DNA of 64,000 bases from a virus (taxonomy: Duplodnaviria > Caudoviricetes), in IMG/VR virus record IMGVR_UViG_3300017791_000355, positions 1 through 64,000 of that record, one strand, 5' to 3'. Positions 1-10,400 of this stretch are shown in pieces. Each line of letters begins with the position of its first letter. Position 1 is the first letter of the stretch. Position numbers and translations under genes: made by a program. The notes under the pieces are model-generated. The model saw only the letters and a list, made by a program, of their open reading frames with translations. It was not told the origin of the DNA and ran no database searches.

Positions 1-110
1 ACTACGACGCGAAGGGTCGACTCACCCACTACACCCACCCGACGTGCCGCGACACGGGCCGGTGCTGCGTCGCCTCGACGGAGCGTCACGCGCGCGCTGA
101 GAATCGCGCG

Positions 111-923
111 GTGTTTGGTTCCACTGGCAAGTGTGGTGTCTGCGGCGCGCACTTCTCGCACGGCACCATGTTCCGCCACCACTCCACCGGTGAGATCGTG
201 CACATGGGTCACGACTGCGCGCGGAAGTATTCCCTCATGTTCGACCTCTCTCACCACGCGCTAGAGCGTGGCAGGGTCGAGCGCGCCGCGGCAATCGTCG
301 TGCAGCGCGAGGCGAACGATCGCGAGCGCGCGGCATTCCTCGCGAAGCACGAGGGACTCGAGGCGGACCTTGAGGTCGACCATCACATCGTCCGCGACAT
401 CGCGGCACGGTTCGTGGAGTGGCGCTCGCTCTCTGATAAGCAAGTCGCGCTCGTGCGCAAGCTCGCAGCGGAAGCACGGGCACCCAAGGTCGACCGCGCC
501 GTCGAGGTCCCGGCTGTCGCGCCGACGGGGAAGGGGATCGAGTTCACCGGTGAGATCGTGTCGGTCAAGGTCCACCATGGAGAGTGGGGCTCTTCCTGGA
601 AGTGCACGATCAAGGTCACCTGCGAGGACGGATCGACTTGGCTCGCGTGGGGTACGATCCCCGCGTCGCTCGTCGACTCGTGCGCGAACCTCGGCGCACC
701 AGTGAGCGACCTCCGCGGTGTCCGGGTCGAGGTCAAGGCGACACTCGAGCGCCCGCAACCACGTGAGTACGAGACCGACCCGACCCGAGCATCGCGTGAC
801 AACTTCGTGTTCATGAAGCGCCCTGCGATGTCGCTCGCGGGTCTGTGCTCGCACCCGATGCAGTGCAGCCCGCGCGCCCCGAAACGTGCCGCGGCCGCGC
901 CGACGGTGGACGCTCCGTTCTAA
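111..923 (+). CDS. hypothetical phage protein (Cys/His N-terminus, possible OB-fold-like C-terminus); may start upstream of window
   Basis: 270-aa ORF with coding-like composition; CGVC...HMGHDC. Confidence 0.6.
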   Translation: MFGSTGKCGVCGAHFSHGTMFRHHSTGEIVHMGHDCARKYSLMFDLSHHALERGRVERAAAIVVQREANDRERAAFLAKHEGLEADLEVDHHIVRDIAARFVEWRSLSDKQVALVRKLAAEARAPKVDRAVEVPAVAPTGKGIEFTGEIVSVKVHHGEWGSSWKCTIKVTCEDGSTWLAWGTIPASLVDSCANLGAPVSDLRGVRVEVKATLERPQPREYETDPTRASRDNFVFMKRPAMSLAGLCSHPMQCSPRAPKRAAAAPTVDAPF

Positions 924-1055
924 GGTGTTGCGCTAGCGTCACGCTCGTCCAGGGAAGTGTTACGCCTGCACCACGCTCGTCCAGTGGACAGTCGAGTCGG
1001 ACCGCGGACCTAGGTCTCGTCCAGGGTAGGCACGTCGCGTGCTTAGTCCAGGGAC

Positions 1056-1223
1056 ATGACCACGACGAACAAGACGACGAGGAAACAAACCTGCAGCTGT
1101 GGCAACCCGAGTTACCAAGGCTACGCGCACACGGTCCACTCCAAGCGTGAGTGTTGGATCCCGAACAACGGTGTTCGCCTGGTTCCCGATTCCAACCGGT
1201 CCACCGAGCGGGGCGCGTCGTGA
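1056..1223 (+). CDS. small hypothetical protein (MTTTNKTTRKQTCSCG...)
   Basis: ATG 2 nt after GTCCAGGG motif; TGA overlaps next GTG. Confidence 0.6.
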   Translation: MTTTNKTTRKQTCSCGNPSYQGYAHTVHSKRECWIPNNGVRLVPDSNRSTERGAS

Positions 1224-2038
1224 AATTCGAGCGTCACGTCCCGAACCGGACCGACACGACCGCGAAGCACCAATACGACGGCTACGCGCCCGCCGGGACC
1301 GTGGTCGGCGACACGATCCGGTGGGGATCGTGGTCCGAGGAGCGCGACGACGCGGACGGTTATACGGTCCCCATCACGCTGTTCCCGTACGCGTCGGGGT
1401 CCGACTACTCGGGTAACACCGTCGAGGCGTCAAACTACCGCGTGCTGGTCGACGACGAGCACGTGATGTCGCGATCGGTCCTGATCCAGGGTCATCACGG
1501 CACGTTCGGGGTCGCGTTCATCGGCTACCCCACGCGGCGCATCCGGGGAATCCTCGCAGCCCTCGCCGGGTACCCCGTCCTGGACGAGGATGATCTCTCC
1601 GAGCTCGAGTGCGAGGTCGAGGCCGAGCAGTGGGCGGACCACGGTCGGGCGGACTTCCGGCGCGATCTCGTCGACTCGTTCGACGGGACCGCGTTCGTCA
1701 CGGATGATGACAGAGATCTCCTGACAGACGACCTACTCAACGCGACCTGGTACTCGTTCGCGCAACACCATGGCGATGGAGGCAAGAGCCACGAATCCCC
1801 CGACTCGTGTCACTTCTACATCGACGAGTGTATCGAGTGGCTTCGCAAGAATCGAACCTTCGGCCAGACGCTGGTTCTCGGTGACGTGAACTACCGCGAT
1901 CGCGGCGTCCTGGACGTCGCGCGCGACGCGCTACTCGAGGATCGAGCAGGTCAATGCCGGACCATCCTGACCGGCATCCCCGGCGTGGTGTTGATCGACT
2001 TGGTGGACGAGGCCGAGGTCGCGGACGAGGCAGCGTAG
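1220..2038 (+). CDS. hypothetical phage protein
   Basis: GTGA-coupled start inside ORF 1151..2038; acidic coding-like sequence. Confidence 0.7.
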   Translation: MKFERHVPNRTDTTAKHQYDGYAPAGTVVGDTIRWGSWSEERDDADGYTVPITLFPYASGSDYSGNTVEASNYRVLVDDEHVMSRSVLIQGHHGTFGVAFIGYPTRRIRGILAALAGYPVLDEDDLSELECEVEAEQWADHGRADFRRDLVDSFDGTAFVTDDDRDLLTDDLLNATWYSFAQHHGDGGKSHESPDSCHFYIDECIEWLRKNRTFGQTLVLGDVNYRDRGVLDVARDALLEDRAGQCRTILTGIPGVVLIDLVDEAEVADEAA

Positions 2039-2591
2039 GTATTTCAACTAGGACGAGGCGCGGGACAATTGCCTTGTACGCCGATTCGCGATTAAAGTCG
2101 CGAGGTTCGAAGTTTGGGACAAGGCGGACGATGGTTTCGGGGGTTCCACACTAGGAGGCTGTGCGCACACACAGACTACCCCGAGATTCCCCTACCACCA
2201 GTGTGTGCACACACCGCAGGCTTCTACTCCATCCTATTCTCTAATTCCCTTGTCCCAAGGGTATAAGTAATGAGTATTGATTGGGATTAGGCGTACAAGA
2301 CCCATCGTCCCACCATCGTCCCAAGTCCGATCAGATTCCCGACTACCACCGGCCTCACGGCGACCGCGCGCCCGCTACGCCGAACACGCGCGCCGGACCG
2401 CACGGACCACACGCGCCGGACCTCGGACCATGGTCGGGTCCGGGGTCGGATTGGGTCTGTTTGGACCCACCAGTTTTCCCTGGGTCCGGGCGGACCCAAT
2501 CCGCCGAGTCGATCGTGGTAATCTTGCCATGATCGGCTGGTCGCCGATGGATGTCGATTTGACATCACAGGCCAGTAAAGCAGCGAAAACA

Positions 2592-3062
2592 ATGGACGAA
2601 TCACATCTCCCAAAGCGTGGACCGAAGTCCGTGACGCAGCGTTACTCGAGGGACCTCTCACTCGCGGCGCGCGAGGGGATCCCAGCGGACGTGATGATGG
2701 ACTGGATCGCGGCCCTCATGGAAGAGGGACCCTACCCAGCGCTCAAGCGCGATGCTCGAGTCGAGGGGGGCTGGACCGTGGTCCGACCCGAGTCCGGCCT
2801 GATGACCACGCCCGAGCAGAGACAGTGGGCCTGGCAACAGTGGCGCCTCGCGGGGTACGGTCAGCCCGCGCAGTCGATCCACCTAGAGGCGGACCTCCGG
2901 GCCCGAGTCGCGTCCGCTCACGTCGCGGCCCCGATCGGCGCGCTGACCCCTGCTCAGATGCACGCGATGCGCGCTCTGCTGACCGGCGCCGCGGGGGCGC
3001 TTCCGGCCGGGACCCCCGCGCTCGCGCTCACGGACCCAACGGAATCTGCAGAGACGCCTTGA
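2592..3062 (+). CDS. terminase small subunit-like protein (tentative)
   Basis: Helical protein with C-terminal LAGYGQPAQSIHL resembling the RGYGKPxQ motif of many TerS-like proteins. Confidence 0.4.
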   Translation: MDESHLPKRGPKSVTQRYSRDLSLAAREGIPADVMMDWIAALMEEGPYPALKRDARVEGGWTVVRPESGLMTTPEQRQWAWQQWRLAGYGQPAQSIHLEADLRARVASAHVAAPIGALTPAQMHAMRALLTGAAGALPAGTPALALTDPTESAETP

Positions 3063-3185
3063 TCGCGTGGTCGAGCTCACGCGCGGCAAGTCGATCGCGA
3101 ATGCGCCGGACCCGGGTCGCGTCTCGGTGCCACCCAGACACGACGCAGATCGCGTGCGTGACCATCACCAGCGCGACCAGCGTGA

Positions 3186-3479
3186 TCACTCGTCACCATC
3201 GTCACCCGCGGCCACAAAATACGCGTGCAGTGCCTCGCTCGTGCGCGTGACGCGCGTGCACACGGGCTCGCGCTGGACCTCCGTCGACTCATCCTCCAAA
3301 CGAAGTGCACGCTCGTACTGCCCCGCGGCCACAAAATACGCGTGCAGTGCCTCGCTCGTGCGCGTGACGCGCGTGCACACGGGCTCGCGCTGGACCTCCG
3401 TCGACTCATCCTCCAAACGAAGTGCGCGCTCGTACTGCTGAAGGAGCCTTCGTAGGCGCGACGCGTCGCGGATCGTCAC
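3186..3479 (-). CDS. hypothetical protein with internal 39-aa tandem duplication
   Basis: QYERALRLEDE...YFVAAG occurs twice; GTGA overlap with upstream gene. Confidence 0.6.
   Translation of the reverse strand: MTIRDASRLRRLLQQYERALRLEDESTEVQREPVCTRVTRTSEALHAYFVAAGQYERALRLEDESTEVQREPVCTRVTRTSEALHAYFVAAGDDGDE
3205..3438. repeat. 117-bp direct tandem duplication
   Basis: Units start at 3205 and 3322; one mismatch seen. Confidence 0.95.
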
Positions 3480-3811
3480 GGCGTACCGTCCGACTCGAGC
3501 TCGACGGCGCCGGGCGCCTCGTCCGCGCACGCGCGCTTCGCGTCGCGCTCGGTGATCCCGCCGTACGGTCCCGTCCGCTCGTGGATGCACACCGCGATCC
3601 ACCCCGCGACGCGCGACCGGCGATCGTACTCCTCCGCGATCTTCCGATAACGCATAGCATCAGCAAGCGAGGCCTGAAGGGGCGTCTGTCTCGCCTGGAC
3701 GCCCGACGACACGCCGCGGACGGCGCCGCGCGCGGCTGACCCGAGTGCGTCGCCGTGCACCACACCAGAGGTGAACGCGAGGACGAGCACGACGAGCAGT
3801 GCGCGCTTCAC
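3476..3811 (-). CDS. secreted/membrane hypothetical protein
   Basis: Signal-like VKRALLVVLVLAFTSG. Confidence 0.6.
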   Translation of the reverse strand: MKRALLVVLVLAFTSGVVHGDALGSAARGAVRGVSSGVQARQTPLQASLADAMRYRKIAEEYDRRSRVAGWIAVCIHERTGPYGGITERDAKRACADEAPGAVELESDGTP

Positions 3812-3966
3812 GGGCGCACCGAGCGAAGTGCGCCGCGGAACCACGCGAGGTCCGCCGCGGTGAACGAGACGTCGGTCGGCTGCAGAACCGGGATCACCTG
3901 GCGAGTGCGCGCGTCCAGGCGCGAGGCCTCGACGAGCGTGGTCAGCAGACGGGTGCGGTGGGTCAT
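3808..3966 (-). CDS. small hypothetical protein
   Basis: AAAGGA RBS-like sequence upstream; coupled to next gene. Confidence 0.55.
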   Translation of the reverse strand: MTHRTRLLTTLVEASRLDARTRQVIPVLQPTDVSFTAADLAWFRGALRSVRP

Positions 3967-4237
3967 ATGCGTATTTCCTTTCGTGTTTAGCGGACTTCGA
4001 TCGCGACCACGGTCCCGCCGCGAGGCGTGACGCCGCAGAGCGACGCGTGGGAGAGCGCGCACTCGGCGTCCAGGGACTCGACGACGAGCCCGGTGTCGTC
4101 GGCGCGATCGGTGCGGAGGATCCAGATCCGAAAATGCTTCACAAAAACCCCTTGCTAGCGGGTGCCCGATCGGAGGATCGCGACTGCGAGCGCACCCGCG
4201 AGCGCGGGCACCAGGGTCGCGACGAGGACGAAGGCGA

Positions 4238-4465
4238 TCACGACGCAGCCTCGACGAGCGAGGCGACCGCGGCGCGGCACGCGGCCGCGCGGTTGAGGAT
4301 CGCGGCCGCGCCGTAGGCGACGCGCTCGGCGAGGATCTCGAGTGCGTCGGCGAGGTCCGCGATCTCGGCTCCGGTCGCACCGACCTCGACGTAGTGCTCG
4401 AAGGCCTGCAGGAGCTCGGTGCGGATCGTCGCGTCGTCGGCGCCGGAGATCGTCGTCGTGGTCAT
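4238..4465 (-). CDS. small hypothetical protein (MTTTTISG...)
   Basis: ATG directly follows CCCTGGAC on the minus strand. Confidence 0.65.
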   Translation of the reverse strand: MTTTTISGADDATIRTELLQAFEHYVEVGATGAEIADLADALEILAERVAYGAAAILNRAAACRAAVASLVEAAS

Positions 4466-4741
4466 GTCCAGGGAATGAGCAGGATCCGGACCACATCCCT
4501 GGACGTCGCAAGCTCGCAGAACCACTGGCCCGACCCGGGTCCGGGCGTGGCCGAGTGACGCAAAATGCGCTCACCATGTGACGTTTTTGCGCCACTCCTG
4601 GACGAGCGTGGTCAGTGCAGTGGCTTCGCTGGACGAGCGCAAGACCTTGGAATGGCTCGCAGACTCGCAGACCCCCTCGGCGCCCACAGCCGAAATCGCG
4701 GAGTTGCCTGGACGGGCATGTTTCGTGCTCGTTCCCTGGAC

Positions 4742-4951
4742 ATGAACAAGACCGCACTGATCAAGACCGCGTCCACGTGGCGGGGTTGGCAGAACTGGGA
4801 GGTTCGCCGGGCCGGCACGATCGTCGCGGTCGTGTCGAAGTTGGAGCGTCCGGGTGCCTTGTACCGCGTGGCGATCGGCGTGACCGGGCGTGAGACTGTC
4901 GTCGAGCTCTCGTCCCTCGTTGCGGTCCGCGCTCTCGTGGGGGCGCTGTGA
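4742..4951 (+). CDS. small hypothetical protein
   Basis: CCCTGGAC-ATG start. Confidence 0.65.
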   Translation: MNKTALIKTASTWRGWQNWEVRRAGTIVAVVSKLERPGALYRVAIGVTGRETVVELSSLVAVRALVGAL

Positions 4952-5207
4952 GCGCATGCTTCGACCTCAGCGACGTCGTCCCGGCGATCCCCGCGCCGCG
5001 CCGGGGCGCAGCCCGCCCGCCCCCGGTCCCCGTCCGGGCACTTCGTCCCTGGACGAGCTCGCTGCGCCGGATGTAGGTGTGAAAACCCGGCACAGGGATG
5101 TATCCCTGGCGCCACAGAACGCACCGCGTCGGCGCACCGCAGCACGTGGACTTCCGCGCACTTCGCCCGTCCAGGGGAGTGGCACGCTGCACGCATATCC
5201 CCTGGAC

Positions 5208-5456
5208 ATGACCACGACGGACTTTGCGAGCAAGGCACGGAAGGCACTCCACGCGGCACAGCTGGCCCTCAGCGCCGAGCGCCTGGGGAACCTGGAGGAG
5301 GCTGACACCGCTGCACGCACGTGCGGCCGCATCGCCCACGGCATGGGGTTGATCCTCAAGACGGTGTGGGAGGACCTCCTGAGCGAGGGGATCGTCGATG
5401 CCCCGAGAGTCTGGGGTGCGGTGGTGGACGGCTGGCACGACGCCGCAGAGCGCTGA
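5208..5456 (+). CDS. small hypothetical protein (MTTTDFAS...)
   Basis: CCCTGGAC-ATG start. Confidence 0.65.
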   Translation: MTTTDFASKARKALHAAQLALSAERLGNLEEADTAARTCGRIAHGMGLILKTVWEDLLSEGIVDAPRVWGAVVDGWHDAAER

Positions 5457-5607
5457 GGTGGGGCGGGGTAGGTGGGGTGGGAGGATGGTTCGCGGCGCGC
5501 GCGGCACGAACCGTGCCGGACCTGGGTCGGGTCGATGGTCCGGAACGTGCACGAGCTCGCTCAAGGCGCATCGAGTGCACCTCGGTGGTGGTCGGGGCGC
5601 CACCTCA

Positions 5608-5862
5608 TGCAAAATACTTGTAGATCCAAATTTAAAATAAATTTTAAGTAGTTAGAATTGCTCAGACCCTCGTCCTGACCACGGTCCGAGGTCCGAGTCG
5701 ATCGTCCTGACCACGGTCCGAGGTCCGAGTCGATCGTCCCGACCACGGTCCGAGGTCCGAGTCGATCGTCCTGACCACGGTCCGAGGTCCGAGTCGATCG
5801 TCCTGACCACGGTCCGCGGTCCGAGGTTCGGGTCCCTCGTCCTGACCGCGGTCCGAGGTCCT
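5608..5862. repeat. AT-rich tract followed by 32-bp tandem repeats (iteron-like)
   Basis: CGTCCTGACCACGGTCCGAGGTCCGAGTCGAT at 5671, 5703, 5735, 5767, degenerate copies at 5799 and about 5838; AT-rich 5608-5660. Confidence 0.9.
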
Positions 5863-6038
5863 CGCGATGAAGTGAGGACGTCTGTCCGCCGCGCGACGCG
5901 AAGGTCCGTCGCGCTCCTCGATAGTCCTCGACCTCGCGTTGTTCACGTCGCGCGCGTGTGAGGCGCGGGATGAAAAATCGACCGCCCCTGGACGATTTTT
6001 GAACGCGCGGGTCGAGTCGAGGGGTTCGTCCAGGGAGC

Positions 6039-6203
6039 ATGACGATCTACCAGATCATCTCCCTATTCCTGGCCGCGGTCGCGACTGCCTACTACCTCCC
6101 GAAGGTCGTGCGGCCGAGCCTCTACCACCTCTACCTTCCGGGTCTGGCGATCTGGACCGGGCTGGTCATGAACGCGGTCGTCGCGTTCTTGGGGATCAAG
6201 TGA
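6039..6203 (+). CDS. small membrane protein
   Basis: MTIYQIISLFLAAVATAYY..., two hydrophobic stretches; follows GTCCAGGG. Confidence 0.6.
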   Translation: MTIYQIISLFLAAVATAYYLPKVVRPSLYHLYLPGLAIWTGLVMNAVVAFLGIK

Positions 6204-6457
6204 CCTTCGAGGACCTGACCGAGTCGGACCCCACGCCCCCGTTCGCAGTCGGGGACGTGGTTCGGTTCCGGGGCCAGTTTCGGCGGATGACTGTCGAGGA
6301 GATCGAGCCTGTCACGAGGATCGACGGTCGCACCTACAAGGTGACCGTCGCGTGGTTCGAGCCCGTCTACATGGGCTTTGGGGAGACCTTCCGCCGCGAC
6401 GTGTTCCCGAGCGCGATGTTCGAGCTCGTCCCGGAGAAGGACCTGGCCGGCCGATGA
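6200..6457 (+). CDS. YodC/DUF2158-like small protein
   Basis: FAVGDVVRF...MTVE...VAWF pattern. Confidence 0.55.
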   Translation: MTFEDLTESDPTPPFAVGDVVRFRGQFRRMTVEEIEPVTRIDGRTYKVTVAWFEPVYMGFGETFRRDVFPSAMFELVPEKDLAGR

Positions 6458-6699
6458 AGTACTCCAAGCAGGAGCGCGAGCTCGCGGCCGTGATCTGCGC
6501 GATCGCGGCGAGCACGCCGGACCTGGACCAGTCGTACCGATACGTGTGGGCCGCGCTTGAGGGTCGAGACCCATTCGAGGTACCTGCGCTGCATCGGCCA
6601 GCGTACCGGCTCGCGCTCGCGGCCTGGACCGAGTGCTGGCGCCTGGACCGCCCGGACGCCGAGGCAGAGGCCCTGATCCGGATGGGGTGGACGCCGTGA
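6454..6699 (+). CDS. paralogous small protein 1 (divergent)
   Basis: ERELAAVICAIAAS...EAEALIRMGWTP. Confidence 0.7.
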   Translation: MKYSKQERELAAVICAIAASTPDLDQSYRYVWAALEGRDPFEVPALHRPAYRLALAAWTECWRLDRPDAEAEALIRMGWTP

Positions 6700-6956
6700 C
6701 GGCTGAGCAGCGCGACGAGGTCGTCGAGCTCCTTCGGTGCGCGGCGGATCTGTGCTCGACCAGGTCGGACTCCGCGTTGTCGATGGCCGGGGAACGCCTC
6801 GGGTATACGTACTGCGATGCTGAGTACAAGGCTGCGTGGAGTGCTCGTCGCTGGGTCCTCGGAGAACGCGTCGAGTACTGGTACCTCAATTCAGAGATCT
6901 ACCTGGCGGCTCTGCTCGAGGCCGCGCGCCGGGTCGAGGAGGGCTGGAACCCGTGA
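6696..6956 (+). CDS. paralogous small protein 2
   Basis: TAEQRDEVVELLRCAAD...LLEAARRVEEGWNP. Confidence 0.75.
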   Translation: MTAEQRDEVVELLRCAADLCSTRSDSALSMAGERLGYTYCDAEYKAAWSARRWVLGERVEYWYLNSEIYLAALLEAARRVEEGWNP

Positions 6957-7204
6957 CGCCCGAGACTCGAGAGGACGTGGTGGAGGTTCTGCTCTGCGCG
7001 GCCGACCTCGCGGCGCAGGGTCGAGGTGCGGTACTGACTGCCTGCAACCTCCTGGACCTGGACCATAACTGCGAGGTCGCGCTCTTCGCGGCGACCGCCT
7101 GGGACGCTGTGGCGATCCCGAGAATCGACTCGGGGTCGTGGGAGTCCGACGAGTGGTGCCTGCTCGAGGCGGCGCGTCTTGTCGAGGAAGGACGTCTGCC
7201 GTGA
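6953..7204 (+). CDS. paralogous small protein 3
   Basis: TPETREDVVEVLLCAAD...LLEAARLVEEGRLP. Confidence 0.75.
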   Translation: MTPETREDVVEVLLCAADLAAQGRGAVLTACNLLDLDHNCEVALFAATAWDAVAIPRIDSGSWESDEWCLLEAARLVEEGRLP

Positions 7205-7434
7205 CGTACGAGGAGCGCGAGCAGGTCGTCGAGGTGCTGCGCTGCAGCGCCGATCGATTCATGACGTGTCGGCAGGTCGTCGACGAACTCGAGATGTCCG
7301 ACGACGTCGCGCACAAAGCGGCCCGGGCCTGGCATGACGTCGCGTGCGAGGTCGTCGGGAACGACTGGCACGTGAACTACGTGAGGGACTGCCTCGAGGC
7401 CGCCCTTCGCGTCGAGAAGGGGTGGGACCCGTGA
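7201..7434 (+). CDS. paralogous small protein 4
   Basis: TYEEREQVVEVLRCSAD...CLEAALRVEKGWDP. Confidence 0.75.
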   Translation: MTYEEREQVVEVLRCSADRFMTCRQVVDELEMSDDVAHKAARAWHDVACEVVGNDWHVNYVRDCLEAALRVEKGWDP

Positions 7435-10400
7435 CTGATCGTCTCACTAAGCAAGGTATCCGCGACTTAAACTCGCCGACCGACAACGGTCGCATGAGTC
7501 GCGATCGCCGATTCTGCAGGCACCACTTTGCCGAGAGCGTGGTCGTTGGTCATCGCTGGGAGAGCGAACCTTACGGTGGCTGGTACGAGTCGTACCGGGT
7601 CCCGGTGTACGCGAGGCGGTGCCTGTGGTGTGGGTTCACGAGTCAGGAGCGTCCATGACGAACGCACAGCGCAAGCGCGTGCAGCGACTCCTCTTGAAGT
7701 CCGCAGCCGAGCTCGACCGCATCGCCGGCGTCCTGGCGACCTTCGAGTCGGACTGGGAGGCCGAGTCCGCGATCGCCCGGGTGCAGCAGGCCGCGATGCA
7801 CACGCGTCTGGCATGGCGGCGGGTGTCCTCGTGAGCGGCCCCATTCGTCCCGACCAAGTCGTCGAGAAGAAGACGGCGCAGATCCCCGAGTTCGTCTTCG
7901 ACGCCTTCAACGAGTGCATCGCGAAGAATCGGACCGGGTCGTCGGCGCAGTTCACGCAGGACGAGGTCGTGAGTGAGATCCTCACCAGGATGCCCCTCCA
8001 TCGTGATTGGGGTACCCGACAGGAGATCTACAACAACCACTGGCTGGACGTGGAAGAAGCGTACCGCGCGGTCGGCTGGACGGTTGACCGGACGGTCGTC
8101 TACGACAAGCCCGGGTTCTGCGAGACGGACTCGGCGAACTTCACGTTCAGCAACCAACGGAGAAGGTAGCTGTGCACCACACCGCTCTGCAGTCCTATCC
8201 CGACATCACAATCGTCCACAACGGAGACTGGAGCGGTCCCGCGACCGTACTCTGGCACCCGGACGGCGCGTACGTGCGCTGGGAGACCACTGGCGAAGAG
8301 TTGATCTCGGGCAAACTACCCGACGAGATCCGCGCGACTGATAGGTATGGTCGAGGATTCGACTTGCCCGTCAACGTAGCAACCCGCGCCGTCGCGATCG
8401 CGGTCCGTTGCGCGCTCTCGCAGCACCTCGTCCGAATCGGTGAGGACGTGATGGGATTCCGCGCCGGCGAGGAGAAGTGAAGTGAAGGTCCACCGCATTG
8501 TTGTATCCGTCGTCGATCACGACGGACTCGGCGCCGCGGAGGTCGCGAGCGTGCTCGAGAACGCGCGCTTCCCGAATGACTGCATCGGCCCGCGGGTCGT
8601 CTCGACGGAGACGCGCGAGGTCGAGTGGGCAGACGACCATCCGCTCAATCTTCCAAGGTGGAAGCGGGCGTTCGAGGAGCTGTTCGACCTGTCGGATATG
8701 AAACCGTGAGCAAGAAGCCCTCGTATCAGGTCCCGCACTACCCGGACGGTTCCATTCCGGACTACGTCCGCCACGGCGCGACCAACGGCGGGTGGGGAAA
8801 CGATCCGAAGCTGGCGATCACCTGGCGCGACCCTGCACCGTTCGACGCGCGTTTGAGCTTCACGTGCTTCTCCCGCGGTCGATCGGCCGCGCACGCGCTG
8901 ATGTTCAGCGAGACCGGCGCGCGATTCACGGTGTTCCTGACGGACCTCAGCGAGATGATTCGCGACGCACGTTGGTGCGGCGGTCTACTGGCCGCCCGCT
9001 TCATGCCGTGCAAGCGAGGGCAGAACTACGGTGTCCGATTGGCGAAGGAGGAGGAAGGATGAGCAAGCGAGCATTCAATCGTGGCCTTCGCTTCGGCGGG
9101 CTCCTCGAGGCTCTCTGTATCTCGCGTCAGGCGGTCCAGGCCGTCGGCAAGTATCGCGACTTACTCGAGTCGGAGGATGCCGAGCGAGTGACGGAGTGTC
9201 TGGACATCTTGACCGGTCTCGAGCAGCGAGCGTGGAGCGCCGCGGAAGAGGAGTGGTGATGAGCGCGGCTGACGACCTCGAGCCGATCCACATGTGGTTC
9301 GAACTCACGTATTCGAGCTACCTCGTGCTGCATCGATCGCTGCTCCAGTCGATGCCTCGCGAGTGGCAGGTGAAGTTCGTGGGCCTCCTCGAAGAGATGG
9401 AGGACTCGTTCGACTGTTCCGACGTGCCCACGAGCTTCACGGTCAAGGCGAAGAAGAACGGCAAGTTCGTCCACGACCCCTACGCCGACTACCAACGCGG
9501 CCGGCGAGTCGTGCCGCTGAAGAGGAGCTCATCGTGACGAGCGTCGAGCGCTGGCTCCGAGACCCGCGGCAGCCCGTTCCGTCCGCGCGCGACCTCGCGA
9601 TGTACATCGAGGACCGAGTCGCGAGCGAGTACCCACTGACCGACGAGGAGCGAGATCTCGGTATCACCGAGTGTCAACCCCCGAATCACGACTGGATGCG
9701 TCGCGCGGCGCTGGCTCTGGCCAAGGCAACGAGGATTGTATGAGCGACCCACTGAACATGACCGACGGGGAGAAGATGGTGTGGGCGGCCGCGTTCGCGC
9801 GGGCCCTCGAGGCATACCGCTCGCGAGGAGTCTCACGATTGACTGACGACAACGAGGCCGCATTGTACGCGTGTTCGCGGGCGGACAATACACTTCTGGC
9901 GCTTCGCTTCGCGGGTACCGGCCACGGCCGTGCCGCGGTCTGCGAGCTCGGTGCGCACTCCCCGACCGCGAAGAAGGTCGACTTCACCCTCGGACCGGAG
10001 GCCGTCGAGGACCAGGAGATCGAGGACCCGACCGCGGAGGTCTATCGGGATCGCGTGATCGTTTACGACGGAGGTGACGTCGCGTTCAAGGTCAACGCAC
10101 GCGAAGCGCTCGTACTCGCGTACCGCCTGTGCCAGGCGGTCGAGAAGTTGAGGACGAAGTGACCATTCGAGAACTCCGTGTCGCCCTCGAGGACATCGCG
10201 GACGATTTCCAGAACTGTGAGGTCGTGTTGCGCGTCGATCTCGACGACGAGCTGCACGTTGTCGGTCTGCACTGCGTCTCGATCGATTCGGGATGCGATG
10301 ACGAGGCTTTCCTAGCGCTCGACGGCGATCAGAACGAGGAGTAGAGCACCATGTTGATTGACGTGAAGCGTTTGAGCGAGCTGGCGTCGCTCTGGCCACA

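Noticed and set aside
3205-3438. DGR template/variable repeat pair
   Set aside because: Adjacent tandem copies with a single mismatch; no reverse transcriptase in the window.
5671-5862. CRISPR array
   Set aside because: 32-bp repeats are contiguous with no unique spacers; no cas genes seen.
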